Below are positions 22,774-33,389 of a stretch of 64,000 nucleotides of DNA, piece by piece. The notes under the pieces were generated by a model. That model was not told the DNA's origin. It did no database searches and was given only the letters and a program-made list of their open reading frames with translations. Location of the stretch: positions 23,559 through 87,558 of the forward strand of contig CAYXDT010000005.1 in NCBI GenBank assembly GCA_964463845.1, written 5' to 3'. Position 1 is the first letter of the stretch. Each line of letters starts with the position of its first letter. Source of the DNA: an uncultured Candidatus Planktophila sp. (GTDB lineage Bacteria > Actinomycetota > Actinomycetes > Nanopelagicales > Nanopelagicaceae). The position numbers and the translations under genes were made by a program.

Positions 22774-23373
22774 ATGTCAATTCATACCGGTGCGCTCCGA
22801 ACTGCCATATTTCCACGCAGCAGCGCCCTTACCGAGGCCCTCTTCGTCGTCGGCGGCATTGGCTTTCTAGCGCTACTTGCCCAGATTTCACTTCCAGTTC
22901 CTGGTTCACCCGTGCCTGTCACGGGTCAGACCTTGGGAGTTCTATTAATCGGAACAACTTATGGTGCGCGCCTGGGAGTTATGACCTTTGGTGGCTATCT
23001 CTTGGCAGGAATGGCTGGAGCCCCAATCTTTGCTCATTCTGCAACCGCACCCAACCATGGCGTTGAAAGAATCTTTGGAGCAACTGGTGGCTATCTAGTT
23101 GGCATGTTGGTCGCCACATTTGTACTTGGATATCTCGCCGATCGTAAAGCTGATCAAAAGTTTAAAACTTCATTTCCCGCACTTCTTTTGGGTGACCTAA
23201 TTATCTTTGCACTAGGTCTAGCTTGGTTGCAAGCCTCTCTTGAACTCTCATGGTCGGCAACGATAGCTGCTGGCTTAACACCATTTATCCTCGGCGAAGT
23301 TCTAAAGATTGCAATCACTGCAACATCACTTCCACTTATCTGGCGAAAAGTTTCGCGCACCCTTAATAAGTAA
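22774..23373 (+). CDS. bioY: Biotin transporter BioY (ECF S component)
   Basis: [48 protein letters not shown]. Confidence 0.93.
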   Translation: MSIHTGALRTAIFPRSSALTEALFVVGGIGFLALLAQISLPVPGSPVPVTGQTLGVLLIGTTYGARLGVMTFGGYLLAGMAGAPIFAHSATAPNHGVERIFGATGGYLVGMLVATFVLGYLADRKADQKFKTSFPALLLGDLIIFALGLAWLQASLELSWSATIAAGLTPFILGEVLKIAITATSLPLIWRKVSRTLNK

Positions 23374-23386
23374 CTCTTAGATACAA

Positions 23387-24610
23387 ATGTCTCAACTGAC
23401 CCCGGTAACAACTGTTCGTATTGGTGAACATCTGCCTCTCCTTGACCTCTTGCCAGATTCATCTCCAGTTTCGTGGGTACGTGGCAACGATGGTTTCGTG
23501 GGTTGGGGGGTGCATGCCTCAATCAAAGTCTCTGGCCGCGATCGCTTCGAGCAAGCTCGGACTTGGTGGCATCAGCAGCTGGAGACCTTTGCAATCGCTG
23601 ATTCAGTTCACGCTAGCGGCACAGGCCCGCTGCTCTTTACCTCTTTCTCCTTTGATCGAAATGAAGAATCAATTCTCATAATTCCAAAGGTAATTGTCGG
23701 CAAGAAGGCGCAAACATCTTGGATAACTTGGATTGGCGAAAGCTCTCAGCCAACGCTTCTACAAAGTGTCGTTAAATCTTCCTCAGCCCACTTTGATTTC
23801 TCTGAAGGAACAATAAGTACCGAACAGTGGAAGGGGCGTGTGGCGCAGGCTATATCTCGCATCGAATCTCTCGCTGTAGATAAGGTCGTATTAGCTCGTG
23901 ATCTAAACGCTAGAACTTCTGCTGAAATCGATCAACGCCCAATTCTGAGAAAATTAGCCGCAGAATATCCATCTACCTGGACTTTTGCAGTTGCTGGATT
24001 AATTGGTGCAACCCCTGAGCTCTTACTTCGCCTATCTCGTGGCATGGTTACATCACGAGTTCTGGCGGGAACAATTCCTAAAACTGGTGATGATGAGAAA
24101 GATCTGGCGCTAGCAGCATCCCTTGCGCGCTCCTCGAAAGATCTGGAAGAGCATGAATATGCAGTTCGCTCAGTTGCACAAGCGCTTGAACCTTATTGCT
24201 CTTCTACAAATGTGCCTGACTCACCCTACGTTCTACATTTAGCAAATGTTATGCACTTAGCTACCGATGTGACTGGTGCGCTGATTGAAGGTAAACAGAA
24301 GTTTGATGCCTTTGCCTTACTAAAGAGTCTGCATCCATCTGCAGCTGTCTGCGGAACCCCACGCAACATCGCCTTTGATATCATCGACGAAATTGAAGGA
24401 ATGAACCGTGGCAGATATGCCGGACCGGTTGGCTGGATTGATGCCAGTGGTGATGGAGAACTTGGTATCGCACTTAGAAGCGGTCAGATTACAGATAATT
24501 CAATTCGCATCTTTGCTGGATGTGGAATTGTTGCTGGTTCAAATCCTGAGAAAGAGTTGGATGAGAGCAGCGCCAAGATGCTAGCCATGCGCTCTGCGCT
24601 ACATGGATGA
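23387..24610 (+). CDS. menF: Isochorismate synthase
   Basis: DKVVLARD, GATPELL, SRVLAGT, KDLEEHEY, LHPSAAVCGTP, RGRYAGPVGW, FAGCGIVAGS; inside men cluster. Confidence 0.92.
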   Translation: MSQLTPVTTVRIGEHLPLLDLLPDSSPVSWVRGNDGFVGWGVHASIKVSGRDRFEQARTWWHQQLETFAIADSVHASGTGPLLFTSFSFDRNEESILIIPKVIVGKKAQTSWITWIGESSQPTLLQSVVKSSSAHFDFSEGTISTEQWKGRVAQAISRIESLAVDKVVLARDLNARTSAEIDQRPILRKLAAEYPSTWTFAVAGLIGATPELLLRLSRGMVTSRVLAGTIPKTGDDEKDLALAASLARSSKDLEEHEYAVRSVAQALEPYCSSTNVPDSPYVLHLANVMHLATDVTGALIEGKQKFDAFALLKSLHPSAAVCGTPRNIAFDIIDEIEGMNRGRYAGPVGWIDASGDGELGIALRSGQITDNSIRIFAGCGIVAGSNPEKELDESSAKMLAMRSALHG

Positions 24611-26176
24611 TACTTTTGAGTAAATCTCTTTCAGTAAATCAGCGTTACTTTCTCGATCTGGCATAGATAGAACTGCAACAGTCAGCCCCTTAATTGGCTG
24701 GCTCAACTCACGATCTAATTCATCGAAATTTGTGATGGTCTTAGCGCTTACTCCCATAGCGCTGGCGATTGCTGCTAAATCCTTGCCATGAGGGGTACCG
24801 AAGATCTCCTCAAATCCAATAACTCCGCGCTGTGAGAGCGTTGAGAAGATTCCCCCACCATCATTATTGATAACAAATATCTTTAAGTTGATCTCTTCGT
24901 CATGGATTAAGCCGGTTAAATCATGTAAGAAGCCGAGATCTCCAAGTAGTGCGATGGTCTCCTTGCGTTGCGAGGCGATACCTAGCGCTGTTGAGATGTT
25001 TCCATCGATTCCCGCCAATCCTCGATTGGCAAAGGTTTCAACGCCGGTACGGGGCAAGGCAAATCCCTCAATATCTCGAATTGGTCTTGATGAGGAGATG
25101 AATAGGGCGCTACCTGCAGGAAGAGATGCAGCAATATGGCGGGCAACTATCGGTTCAGACCACTGTTTTACCTCGGCAAGTGACTTAATTGCGCGGGCTG
25201 CATACTTCTGCCATTTCTCGCGATACTCGACATCCCCTGGCAGAACAGAGAGCGTTGGCAATTGTGTAAATCGCTGGGCTGCTAATCGATCTGAATCTAC
25301 AGTTGCCATACGCGGATCAATCACAATCTCTTTCCGAGCCAACTTGATAAATGAGTTTATGGAGCGCGAGAGTGTGGTGCGCCCGATAATGACTACGGTA
25401 TCTGGCTTTAAATCTTCAGCAATAGCTTTGGAGTTTAAGAAGATACTGGCATGCGCTATCGCATCTGGAAAAGAGAGTGGATCTTCAGTGATTATTGGCC
25501 AGCCCAACTCTTGGGCAAACATTTCAACTGCGGCAAGAGGTAGACCTCCACGATCCTGGCCAATTACTAAGATGCCACGAGTGGATTTGGTATGAAAAGT
25601 TCCGGCGCTCTTTCGTGTGAAAACTCTTGTTGGTGTCACTACAAATTGGTCGAGCCAGCTTTCGTCACTGTCACCAACTAATGGTTCTTCAAATTGAATA
25701 TTGAGATGCACCGGTCCTGAGTGCAGAGAATTTAATGGAAGCTCCATCGGATATGCCGAGCCAGAGATATCGGCGGCGTATCGCACCGCCTTGCCAAAGA
25801 TACGCGCCTGCTCAGTAGTTTGATTAGCGCCGGTACGACGCATTGAGGCTGGTCTATCCGCAGTCAGAATTAACAGTGGCACATTGGTATGTGAGGCCTC
25901 AAGAATCGCTGGATGGTAATTGGCGACCGCAGTCCCACTTGTGCAGACAATCGGAACTGGGCGACCCGAAGCTTTCGCGATACCAAGTGCGAAGAAAGCA
26001 GCTGTTCGCTCATCAATTCGTGTATGTAATGAAATCAAGCCACGTTTGTGGGCTTGATAGAAGGCGATAGAGAGAGGGGCGTTTCTAGAACCGGGCGAGA
26101 TCACCACATCAGTAATGCCAGCTTCGACAATCTGGCGCACAATTACGCGAGCTAGCAGAGTAGATGGATTAATCAC
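24599..26176 (-). CDS. menD: SEPHCHC synthase
   Basis: VVISPGSRNAPL, IDERTAAFFALG, CTSGTAVAN, NRGLAGIDG, GDLGFLHD; GTG 26176 overlaps the menC stop. Confidence 0.96.
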   Translation of the reverse strand: MINPSTLLARVIVRQIVEAGITDVVISPGSRNAPLSIAFYQAHKRGLISLHTRIDERTAAFFALGIAKASGRPVPIVCTSGTAVANYHPAILEASHTNVPLLILTADRPASMRRTGANQTTEQARIFGKAVRYAADISGSAYPMELPLNSLHSGPVHLNIQFEEPLVGDSDESWLDQFVVTPTRVFTRKSAGTFHTKSTRGILVIGQDRGGLPLAAVEMFAQELGWPIITEDPLSFPDAIAHASIFLNSKAIAEDLKPDTVVIIGRTTLSRSINSFIKLARKEIVIDPRMATVDSDRLAAQRFTQLPTLSVLPGDVEYREKWQKYAARAIKSLAEVKQWSEPIVARHIAASLPAGSALFISSSRPIRDIEGFALPRTGVETFANRGLAGIDGNISTALGIASQRKETIALLGDLGFLHDLTGLIHDEEINLKIFVINNDGGGIFSTLSQRGVIGFEEIFGTPHGKDLAAIASAMGVSAKTITNFDELDRELSQPIKGLTVAVLSMPDRESNADLLKEIYSKVSSM

Positions 26177-27117
26177 AGGAGCTCCGCTGTCTTCATAACG
26201 CGATTCTTCCACCATTCATAGCGTTCGGGCGCCACTTCATATCCATTGAAGTCAGGCTCAACTTCAGTGATTTCAATTTCACCATTAACGATAGGCAGAG
26301 TTGCGACATCGGCGCTAAGAAGTGAGCCTGTACCTAGGCCGCAATCAAAGTTCATCTCTGGAAATGATGCAGCAAGATGTAATCCGTAATTGATTCCCAC
26401 AGCACTTTCTAGCGCACTTGATACAACCACTGGAAGTTTGTGGTGTTCGGCTAATTGATGTGCACGTGCAATTCCACCGAGCGGTTGAACCTTAAGCATC
26501 ACAAGATCTGCGGCACCGCTGAGATCAATGGCAAAAGGATCTTTTGCTTTTCGAAGAACTTCATCTACAGCAATCTTGAGAGGAATTTGGATACTGGCCT
26601 TTAACTCACGTAGCTCTTCCAGAGTGGTACAGGGTTGCTCAACATATTCAAATGGACCAACTTCCTCATAGAAGGCGTAGAGATTGGTGAGAGCATCTTT
26701 AACGCTCCAGAGCCCGTTGACATCGATGCGAATATTGATGTCTCGACCAAGAGATCGAATCTGCGCTAAACGCACAATATCTTCGCCTAAGTTATCTCCA
26801 ACCTTTACCTTAAATGTTTTGACACCTTGATATGTCTCTACGAGTGACTTAACTACGCTCTTATCATTGGTTGCAGGAATGGTTCCGTTTACTCGTACTG
26901 AATTGCGATAGAGCTTTGGGCGAGGTTTTGTTGCGGCCTCTATGGCGCACATCAGCCAAGGCACAGACTCTTGGTAGTCATATTCAAGAAATGGCGAAAA
27001 TTCGCCCCACCCATATTCACCTTGAAAGAGCGCTACTTCACGAACGTTGATGCCACGAAAGTTTGTCTTAGTAGGCAGCGCAACCACGCGCATACTTTCG
27101 AGCAGAGAGAGATCCAT
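26173..27117 (-). CDS. menC: o-succinylbenzoate synthase
   Basis: GWGEFSPF, FKVKVG, RIDVNG, YVEQPC, LKVQPLGG, VVSSALES; ATG 27117. Confidence 0.94.
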   Translation of the reverse strand: MDLSLLESMRVVALPTKTNFRGINVREVALFQGEYGWGEFSPFLEYDYQESVPWLMCAIEAATKPRPKLYRNSVRVNGTIPATNDKSVVKSLVETYQGVKTFKVKVGDNLGEDIVRLAQIRSLGRDINIRIDVNGLWSVKDALTNLYAFYEEVGPFEYVEQPCTTLEELRELKASIQIPLKIAVDEVLRKAKDPFAIDLSGAADLVMLKVQPLGGIARAHQLAEHHKLPVVVSSALESAVGINYGLHLAASFPEMNFDCGLGTGSLLSADVATLPIVNGEIEITEVEPDFNGYEVAPERYEWWKNRVMKTAELL

Positions 27118-27121
27118 GTAA

Positions 27122-28000
27122 TTAGGGGCGTCGCGGAAACTTTCCGAAATCCGGCTTGCGCTTTTCCTTGTAAGCATCGCGACCTTCTTGGCCTTCTTCG
27201 CTTAAGTAGAAGAGAAGAGTGGCATCTCCGGCAAGCTGTTGCACGCCAGCTAACCCATCATCTGCTGCATTCATAGAAGCTTTTAGTAGACGCAGCGCTA
27301 ATGGAGAGTTTTGTAACATCTCACGACACCACGAGACCGTCTCCGCCTCTAACTCCTTAAGTGGAACGACTGTATTCACAAGCCCCATTGCAAGGGCTTC
27401 TTGCGCATCGTATTGGCGGGTCATAAACCAAATTTCGCGCGCCTTTTTCTGGCCCACATTGGCCGCTAATAATCCAGAGCCGTAACCGCCATCAAATGAG
27501 CCAACCATCGGACCAGTCTGACCAAACTTTGCATTATCGGCAGCGATTGAGAGATCGCAGACAACGTGCAAGACATGTCCTCCACCAATCGCCCATCCCG
27601 CAATCATGGCAACTACGGGTTTTGGCGTTCTGCGAATTTGTACTTGTAAATCTAAAACATTTAATCGGCCGACACCTTGCTGCGAAAGTGGGTCATCGCC
27701 TAAGTAGCCATCATCACCACGCACACTTATATCTCCACCGGAACAGAAAGCCTCATCGCCTGCGCCAGTTAAAATAATTACTCCCACGCTGGTGTGATCG
27801 CGCGCTAAATCAAAGGCAGCTTTTAACTCGATAATAGTTTGCGGGCGAAAGGCGTTACGTACCTCCGGGCGATTGATGGTGATCTTGGCGATTCCATCGG
27901 CGATTTGATATTTGATATCAGTAAATGACTCACCACCCGGACCAGTCACCCATGCAGGGATGGTTCGGTCACCAAAATCACGCTTTATCGGCTTGCTCAC
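27122..28000 (-). CDS. menB: 1,4-dihydroxy-2-naphthoyl-CoA synthase
   Basis: [43 protein letters not shown]. Confidence 0.97.
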   Translation of the reverse strand: MSKPIKRDFGDRTIPAWVTGPGGESFTDIKYQIADGIAKITINRPEVRNAFRPQTIIELKAAFDLARDHTSVGVIILTGAGDEAFCSGGDISVRGDDGYLGDDPLSQQGVGRLNVLDLQVQIRRTPKPVVAMIAGWAIGGGHVLHVVCDLSIAADNAKFGQTGPMVGSFDGGYGSGLLAANVGQKKAREIWFMTRQYDAQEALAMGLVNTVVPLKELEAETVSWCREMLQNSPLALRLLKASMNAADDGLAGVQQLAGDATLLFYLSEEGQEGRDAYKEKRKPDFGKFPRRP

Positions 28001-28041
28001 ATTTCCTCCATTTGGTCTACGAGCGATAGCCTACGCGGGCA

Positions 28042-29136
28042 ATGGAGCAGAACGCACAACGAGAACTTCGCACAGTCAGCCCCGAGTGGACTGTCAGCGA
28101 ATTGATGGCTCGTATCGCTAAGGCGCTGGTATCTGACGGACCTGCCTTGGCCTTTAGCCCCACAGTTCATACCCATGTTCCCTCCCGAGTAAGCCTAGTT
28201 TTAGCTACCACTGGCAGCTCAGGTCTTGTAAAAGAGGTCGGACTTTCTGCAAGCGCACTTCTAACATCTGCGCGTGCTGCAAATAATTTTTTAAACGCCG
28301 ATTTTGGAAATTCTTGGTCGCTGCTACTTCCCCTCAGCCACATTGCGGGCGTTAATGTTCTAATTCGCTCTCTCGAACTCGGAACTGAACCAATTGATCT
28401 TCGTAATCGTGATGGTGAATTTCCTAAAGCTGACTTCACAGCAATTGTTCCTACCCAGTTATTCAATGCGCTTAATGGCGATGATCGATTGTTAGCTCAT
28501 TTGATTGGCGCTAAAGCAGTATTGATTGGTGGAGCCCCAATATCTGAGGATTTAAAGGTACGGGCGCAAATGGCCGAAATTAATCTTGTAACTTCCTACG
28601 GCATGACGGAGACCGCAGGAGGATTTGTTTACAACGGAGTACCTCTAGCAGAATCCGAAATCAAATTGACGGATCAAAATTGTGTTGCCATAAAGGGCAG
28701 CGTTCTCGCCAGCACCTACCTTGGTGCAGAATCTTTGTGGGAGGCGCAATTTGAAGATGGTTGGTTCGTAACTCAAGATTTGGCAAAGTTTGAAGATGAA
28801 AAATTGGTAGTGATTGGCCGAAGTGATGATGTCATAATTTCTGGGGGTGAAAACATCTCACTCGATGCAATTGAGAATGCGCTGGCTGCGCGATTTACCG
28901 GCAAAACTTTTGTTGCACTTGCAAAAGAAGACGCCCGTTGGGGTGGCGCTCTTCACCTCGCAATTGTTGGTGCAGATACGCCTGCCGAATCTGAAATAGT
29001 CGATTTTCTCGCAGAGAATTTTGGAGTTAGCGCAAAACCAAAAGGGTTTCTCTATCTTTCCGAGCTACCACTCATTGGAATAGGTAAGGTAGATCGCAAT
29101 AAACTAGCGCAACTAATTTCGGAGGTGCCAAATTAA
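28042..29136 (+). CDS. menE: o-succinylbenzoate-CoA ligase (short actinobacterial form)
   Basis: TTGSSG P-loop, LPLSHIAG, SYGMTETAGG, GRSDDVIISGGEN, GKVDR. Confidence 0.9.
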   Translation: MEQNAQRELRTVSPEWTVSELMARIAKALVSDGPALAFSPTVHTHVPSRVSLVLATTGSSGLVKEVGLSASALLTSARAANNFLNADFGNSWSLLLPLSHIAGVNVLIRSLELGTEPIDLRNRDGEFPKADFTAIVPTQLFNALNGDDRLLAHLIGAKAVLIGGAPISEDLKVRAQMAEINLVTSYGMTETAGGFVYNGVPLAESEIKLTDQNCVAIKGSVLASTYLGAESLWEAQFEDGWFVTQDLAKFEDEKLVVIGRSDDVIISGGENISLDAIENALAARFTGKTFVALAKEDARWGGALHLAIVGADTPAESEIVDFLAENFGVSAKPKGFLYLSELPLIGIGKVDRNKLAQLISEVPN

Positions 29137-29977
29137 TATTTGGATCCTAGGTGCTCGTCCACGGACCCTAACTGCAGCTGTTGCACCTGTAGCAGTAGCG
29201 ACAGTTCTGGCTGGCGGATCCTGGCGTCCACTTGAAGCGCTCCTGGCTCTAATCGTTGCACTGTCGCTGCAAATTGCCGTCAACTACTCAAATGATTACT
29301 CCGACGGAGTTCGCGGTACTGATAATAATCGCGTTGGGCCAATTCGCCTGACTGCATCTGGCCTAGCCTCTCCCAAGGCGGTAAAAACTGCTGCACTTCT
29401 TAGCTTTGTAATTGCTGCACTCGCTGGGCTAGCTTTGGCAGCGCTCTCCTCTTGGTGGATTCTTATCATCGGAGCTCTCGCAATACTCGCCGCGTGGGGT
29501 TACACCGGAGGACGTTCTCCATATGGATACAGTGGTTTTGGCGAACTTTCAGTCTTTACCTTCTTTGGAGTAGTAGCCACAGTTGGTACCTACTATGTAC
29601 AGACCCTCGAGGTTTCACTCTCAGTTTTGGCAGCTTCAGTTCCGATGGGCACACTCTCTTGTGCAATTCTGGCGATAAATAATATTCGTGACCGCGAACG
29701 CGATGCACAGGTTGGGAAAAATACCCTTGCTGTTCGATTGGGTGATCTTAACTCGCGCCGCTTCTATGTCGCCCTAATTGTTTGCGCATATATCTTTGCA
29801 CCTCTCACCGGTGATCCACTTGCTCTGCTGACTCTGGCAACCTTTCCACAGGCGCGCGCACTTATTCAAGAAGTTTTAGCTGGTGCATCTGGAGAGGCGC
29901 TCATCCCACTACTGGGTAGAACTGGCCAGCTACAACTACATTTCGCCTTGATTTTTGCCCTAGCCCTCTCTTTTTAA
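29132..29977 (+). CDS. menA: DHNA polyprenyltransferase; apparent ATT start
   Basis: Manual translation upstream of the ORF-track start gives (M)NIWILGARPRTLTAAVAPV...NYSNDYSDGVRGTD with no stop; C-term NNIRDRERD..GKNTLAVRLG; in-frame TAA at 29114 and no ATG/GTG/TTG before 29435. Confidence 0.93.
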   Translation: MNIWILGARPRTLTAAVAPVAVATVLAGGSWRPLEALLALIVALSLQIAVNYSNDYSDGVRGTDNNRVGPIRLTASGLASPKAVKTAALLSFVIAALAGLALAALSSWWILIIGALAILAAWGYTGGRSPYGYSGFGELSVFTFFGVVATVGTYYVQTLEVSLSVLAASVPMGTLSCAILAINNIRDRERDAQVGKNTLAVRLGDLNSRRFYVALIVCAYIFAPLTGDPLALLTLATFPQARALIQEVLAGASGEALIPLLGRTGQLQLHFALIFALALSF

Positions 29978-30017
29978 CCGAAAAGCGGAGATTTCCAACA
30001 GGTAATAGAATTTACCC

Positions 30018-30275
30018 ATGCTCAGACTTTCTGGATTTCTACTTCTTCTCTCGCTGGCACTTACTCTCTACACATTTGTGGAGTGTGCGATGCGCGATGA
30101 TACGAAGATAAAGAAACTTCCAAAGTGGGGCTGGTTACTAGTAATTCTCTTTCTTAACACCATCGGGCCAATTGCTTATCTAGCTGTCGGAAGAGTTCGA
30201 ACTCCTCGCAACAAGAAGCAGGGCAAGAAGTTTCTACCTCCTGATGATGACCCTGATTTCTTGCGCAGTATCTAA
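30018..30275 (+). CDS. Small membrane protein, PLDc N-terminal domain family
   Basis: Two TM helices, LPKWGWLLVILFLNTIGPIAYLAVGR, C-terminal PPDDDPDFL. Confidence 0.8.
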   Translation: MLRLSGFLLLLSLALTLYTFVECAMRDDTKIKKLPKWGWLLVILFLNTIGPIAYLAVGRVRTPRNKKQGKKFLPPDDDPDFLRSI

Positions 30276-30283
30276 ATTAACTC

Positions 30284-31198
30284 TTATAGACCAGAGTAAG
30301 TGTGCTTGCCAGTTCCCCAAACATTTACATATACATAGTTAAATAAGAAGGTCGATCCAGCAAAGATACATAGCCACGCTGCGCGTCGCCCTCTCCAACC
30401 AACCGTTACGCGGGCATGTAGATATGCCGCATATGCCACCCAAGTGATAAAGGCCCAAGTCTCCTTTGGATCCCAGCCCCAATATCTTCCCCATGCCGCC
30501 TCTGCCCAGATTGCACCTGCAATCACAGAGAAGGTCCAGAGTGGAAAGACAAAGGCGACTAAACGGTAAGAGAGTTGATCAAGTACATCTAGTGAGGGAA
30601 CTCTTTGCAACCAGAGTGGTCGGCCTCCTCTACTTTCTCGGTAATCAAGGTATAAAAATCCTCCAGCAACGATATTTGCCAGCAAGAAGACGCCGCCAGA
30701 AATAATTGCAGCAATAACATGGATTACCAACCATGGAGATTGCAGCGCAGGTACAAGAGGCGCACTATCTCTGTAAAGCAAAGTTACTGCTGTCCCCAGA
30801 GTTAGAAGGACACCAAATGAGATAAACAAACCCAACCAACGTAAGTCATATTTGCGAAGAGCGGCTAGATAGGCGGCAGTAAAGGCGAGCGCCCCAGAAA
30901 TTGAAAATTCATACATATTTGACCAAGGTACATAACCAGATGCCAGGCCACGAGCGACTACTCCTCCGAGGAGTAATACAAAACCTAAGCCCATCAGAGC
31001 AGTTGCAATACGGGCTGCTTTTTGAGTTCGCTTGAAATCTAGAGTTTTCACCATCAGATTTCCATCTGTTGAATCAGCGTTTGCTGGTGTCCGAACTGCA
31101 AATGCCGTTTCGAAGGCGTGAGCTAGGAAGGAGAGAGCAAAGACTCCCATCGCAGAGTAGACAAGGTTATTTGAGATGTAGGCCCACGTTGTCTGCAT
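30284..31198 (-). CDS. ccsB: Cytochrome c biogenesis protein CcsB/ResC (system II)
   Basis: WWD motif WAEAAWGRYWGWDPKETW, PWSNMYEF, LQSPWLVIHV, terminal GKHTYSG. Confidence 0.95.
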   Translation of the reverse strand: MQTTWAYISNNLVYSAMGVFALSFLAHAFETAFAVRTPANADSTDGNLMVKTLDFKRTQKAARIATALMGLGFVLLLGGVVARGLASGYVPWSNMYEFSISGALAFTAAYLAALRKYDLRWLGLFISFGVLLTLGTAVTLLYRDSAPLVPALQSPWLVIHVIAAIISGGVFLLANIVAGGFLYLDYRESRGGRPLWLQRVPSLDVLDQLSYRLVAFVFPLWTFSVIAGAIWAEAAWGRYWGWDPKETWAFITWVAYAAYLHARVTVGWRGRRAAWLCIFAGSTFLFNYVYVNVWGTGKHTYSGL

Positions 31199-32664
31199 TA
31201 CTTCTCCCCCTTTATCTTCTTAACAATCTCTGCAATTTCAATATCCAATCCAGGTGCATCATTTTTAGAAAGTCCCGCAATCTCGACCTTCTCACCAACT
31301 ACGCGCACCCAAATTCTGCGTCGCTTACCGTAAAGGGAGGCGAGCAAACCAGCTATAGCAAAGATACCGCCAATGAGCGCGTACTGCTTTCCAGGATCTT
31401 CTACCATCTGCAGATTTACCCAAGGTACAACAGTCTCTAGTGTGATGGAGCCCTCTGGGTAAGAGTAAGTCTGACCGGGTGTGACCGATCCCAACCCAAT
31501 ACGTTCTAGATTATCGGTCTCGATTCGATAGATAGATTGTGGCACCCCGGAGTCAAGGCCCAAATCTCCCTTCCAAATTGCAAAGAGCATCTTTGGGTCA
31601 AGCAGCTCAGGAAAGATTGAAGTTGCCGCTTCTCCTGCTACACGATCTTGCGTTGGCAAGAATGTTGCGACAAAGCCAAGTTGTGGTTCTGCATCTGGAA
31701 CTTTTATGGCGCCGATGGAGCGAAGATTTCCATCCTGCGGCAGAAATGGCACAGGTCCTTGTAGCGCTACATTTCCCGTTGCATCTCTAACTGTAACTAC
31801 TGGGCTATATCCATTTGCTTGTAGATAGACCCGAGTATTCCCAAAGGTCAATGGCTCATTAACTTGGATAACCCTCTTGGATGTGACACCGTTTTCAACG
31901 ACAGTTACAAATGCTGAGTACTCCTTGGGAGCACCCGTAATCGTGTTGTACTCTGCTTCAAATCTATCTAACTTGATTTCAAAGCCTTGCAACTTCGACT
32001 CATTTGATAACTTTCCAAAGGCCAAGGTGTCATATGAGGTTGCGACATTTATAAATCGCTCACCAACATTGATGATTGCCTCACCACGCATACCAAATAG
32101 CGAGCCAAACCCGACCCCGATTAGAATCAAAATCAAAGATAAGTGAAATAGAAGGTTTCCGGTCTCTCGAATAAAGCCCTTCTCAGCCGAGATAGATGTG
32201 CCTTCGTTACGAATTCGGAATCTATTCTTCTTAAACCACGCCTCCGCAAGAGCTAAAGCCTCATCACTTCTAGCAAAATCCTGGTGATGCTCCATTCGCT
32301 CCAAATTCTTTGGTGTTGCAGGAGGTTGGGCGCGCATCGCTTTGAAATGCTCAAAGGTGCGAGGCAAGACGCAACCGATCAGTGAGATAAAGAGAAGGAG
32401 ATAAATTGCGCTAAACCACGGAGAGCCAAAGACATCAAAGAGGTAGAAGCGATCATATAGACGGGCAGTATCAGGATCGCTTATGTAGAACTCGCGAACT
32501 GCAATTGGATTGGTCAGCCGTTGCGGAATCAAAGATCCCGGAATCGCGGCGATTCCCATAAGGAGCAGAAGTATCAGCGCAGTTCGCATGCTGGTCAGCT
32601 GGCGCCATAAATACCGAGCGAGACCAATTACACCTAACTCAGGAAGTTGCGTCTGTTGGCTCAT
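31198..32664 (-). CDS. resB: Cytochrome c biogenesis protein ResB
   Basis: LTSMRTALILLLLMGIAAIPGSLIPQ, SPWFSAIYLLLFISLIGC, GNLLFHLSL. Confidence 0.93.
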   Translation of the reverse strand: MSQQTQLPELGVIGLARYLWRQLTSMRTALILLLLMGIAAIPGSLIPQRLTNPIAVREFYISDPDTARLYDRFYLFDVFGSPWFSAIYLLLFISLIGCVLPRTFEHFKAMRAQPPATPKNLERMEHHQDFARSDEALALAEAWFKKNRFRIRNEGTSISAEKGFIRETGNLLFHLSLILILIGVGFGSLFGMRGEAIINVGERFINVATSYDTLAFGKLSNESKLQGFEIKLDRFEAEYNTITGAPKEYSAFVTVVENGVTSKRVIQVNEPLTFGNTRVYLQANGYSPVVTVRDATGNVALQGPVPFLPQDGNLRSIGAIKVPDAEPQLGFVATFLPTQDRVAGEAATSIFPELLDPKMLFAIWKGDLGLDSGVPQSIYRIETDNLERIGLGSVTPGQTYSYPEGSITLETVVPWVNLQMVEDPGKQYALIGGIFAIAGLLASLYGKRRRIWVRVVGEKVEIAGLSKNDAPGLDIEIAEIVKKIKGEK

Positions 32665-33389
32665 CAGATCACCGGTACAAAATCTGAGATAAGGGAGCGC
32701 ATTTCAATCATCAAATCTGTCCATAAACCAGTTAACTGTAATAGTCCAATAATGATGAGCAAGACGCCACCAATCTTGGAGATGAGATTTCCTCGCTTAA
32801 CCAAGACACGTCGTAGCGCTTGTGATTTATCAAATGATAATCCGGTTGCGATAAATGGCGCACCAAGCCCTATGCAATATCCCAAAGATAAAATTGCTCC
32901 ACGTACGGCACTTGATTCCTGAAAAGCTAAAGCTTGCACACTGGCTAAGCCTGGGCCAATACATGGGGTCCAGCCAACTCCGAAGAGAAATCCCAGTAAT
33001 GGCGCTCCAACTAACCCGCCTGTTGTAGAAATCTTTGGCTGCAAGGTGGGCATAAATGGAAGTGCCCCAATAAAGATAACGCCCATAGCAATAGTGATTA
33101 GGCCCAATACCCTGGTAATCGATTCTTCATTTGTTGCAATGCGCGCGCCAAGTTCACCAAAGAGCACTCCATAAGCGATAAAGAGTGCGCTAAATCCGGC
33201 GACAAAGAGAATTGATCCCAGAAAGACCTTGCCGCGCGATTGCGAAAATCCAGCAGCAAAAGATAGATATCCAGGTACTAATGGCAGAACACAGGGAGAG
33301 AGGAAGGAGATTAAGCCAACTAGAACAGCAATTGGAAAAGCTGTTAGCAAGAAACCATCTAAGAGGTGATTAACAATGAAATCAATCAT
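32664..33389 (-). CDS. ccdA: Cytochrome c biogenesis protein CcdA
   Basis: SFLSPCVLPLVPGYL and GWTPCIGP. Confidence 0.94.
   Translation of the reverse strand: MIDFIVNHLLDGFLLTAFPIAVLVGLISFLSPCVLPLVPGYLSFAAGFSQSRGKVFLGSILFVAGFSALFIAYGVLFGELGARIATNEESITRVLGLITIAMGVIFIGALPFMPTLQPKISTTGGLVGAPLLGFLFGVGWTPCIGPGLASVQALAFQESSAVRGAILSLGYCIGLGAPFIATGLSFDKSQALRRVLVKRGNLISKIGGVLLIIIGLLQLTGLWTDLMIEMRSLISDFVPVI

Noticed and set aside
29435-29977. menA as a 180-aa truncated pseudogene
   Set aside because: The upstream 101 codons are in frame, stop-free and carry conserved MenA motifs.
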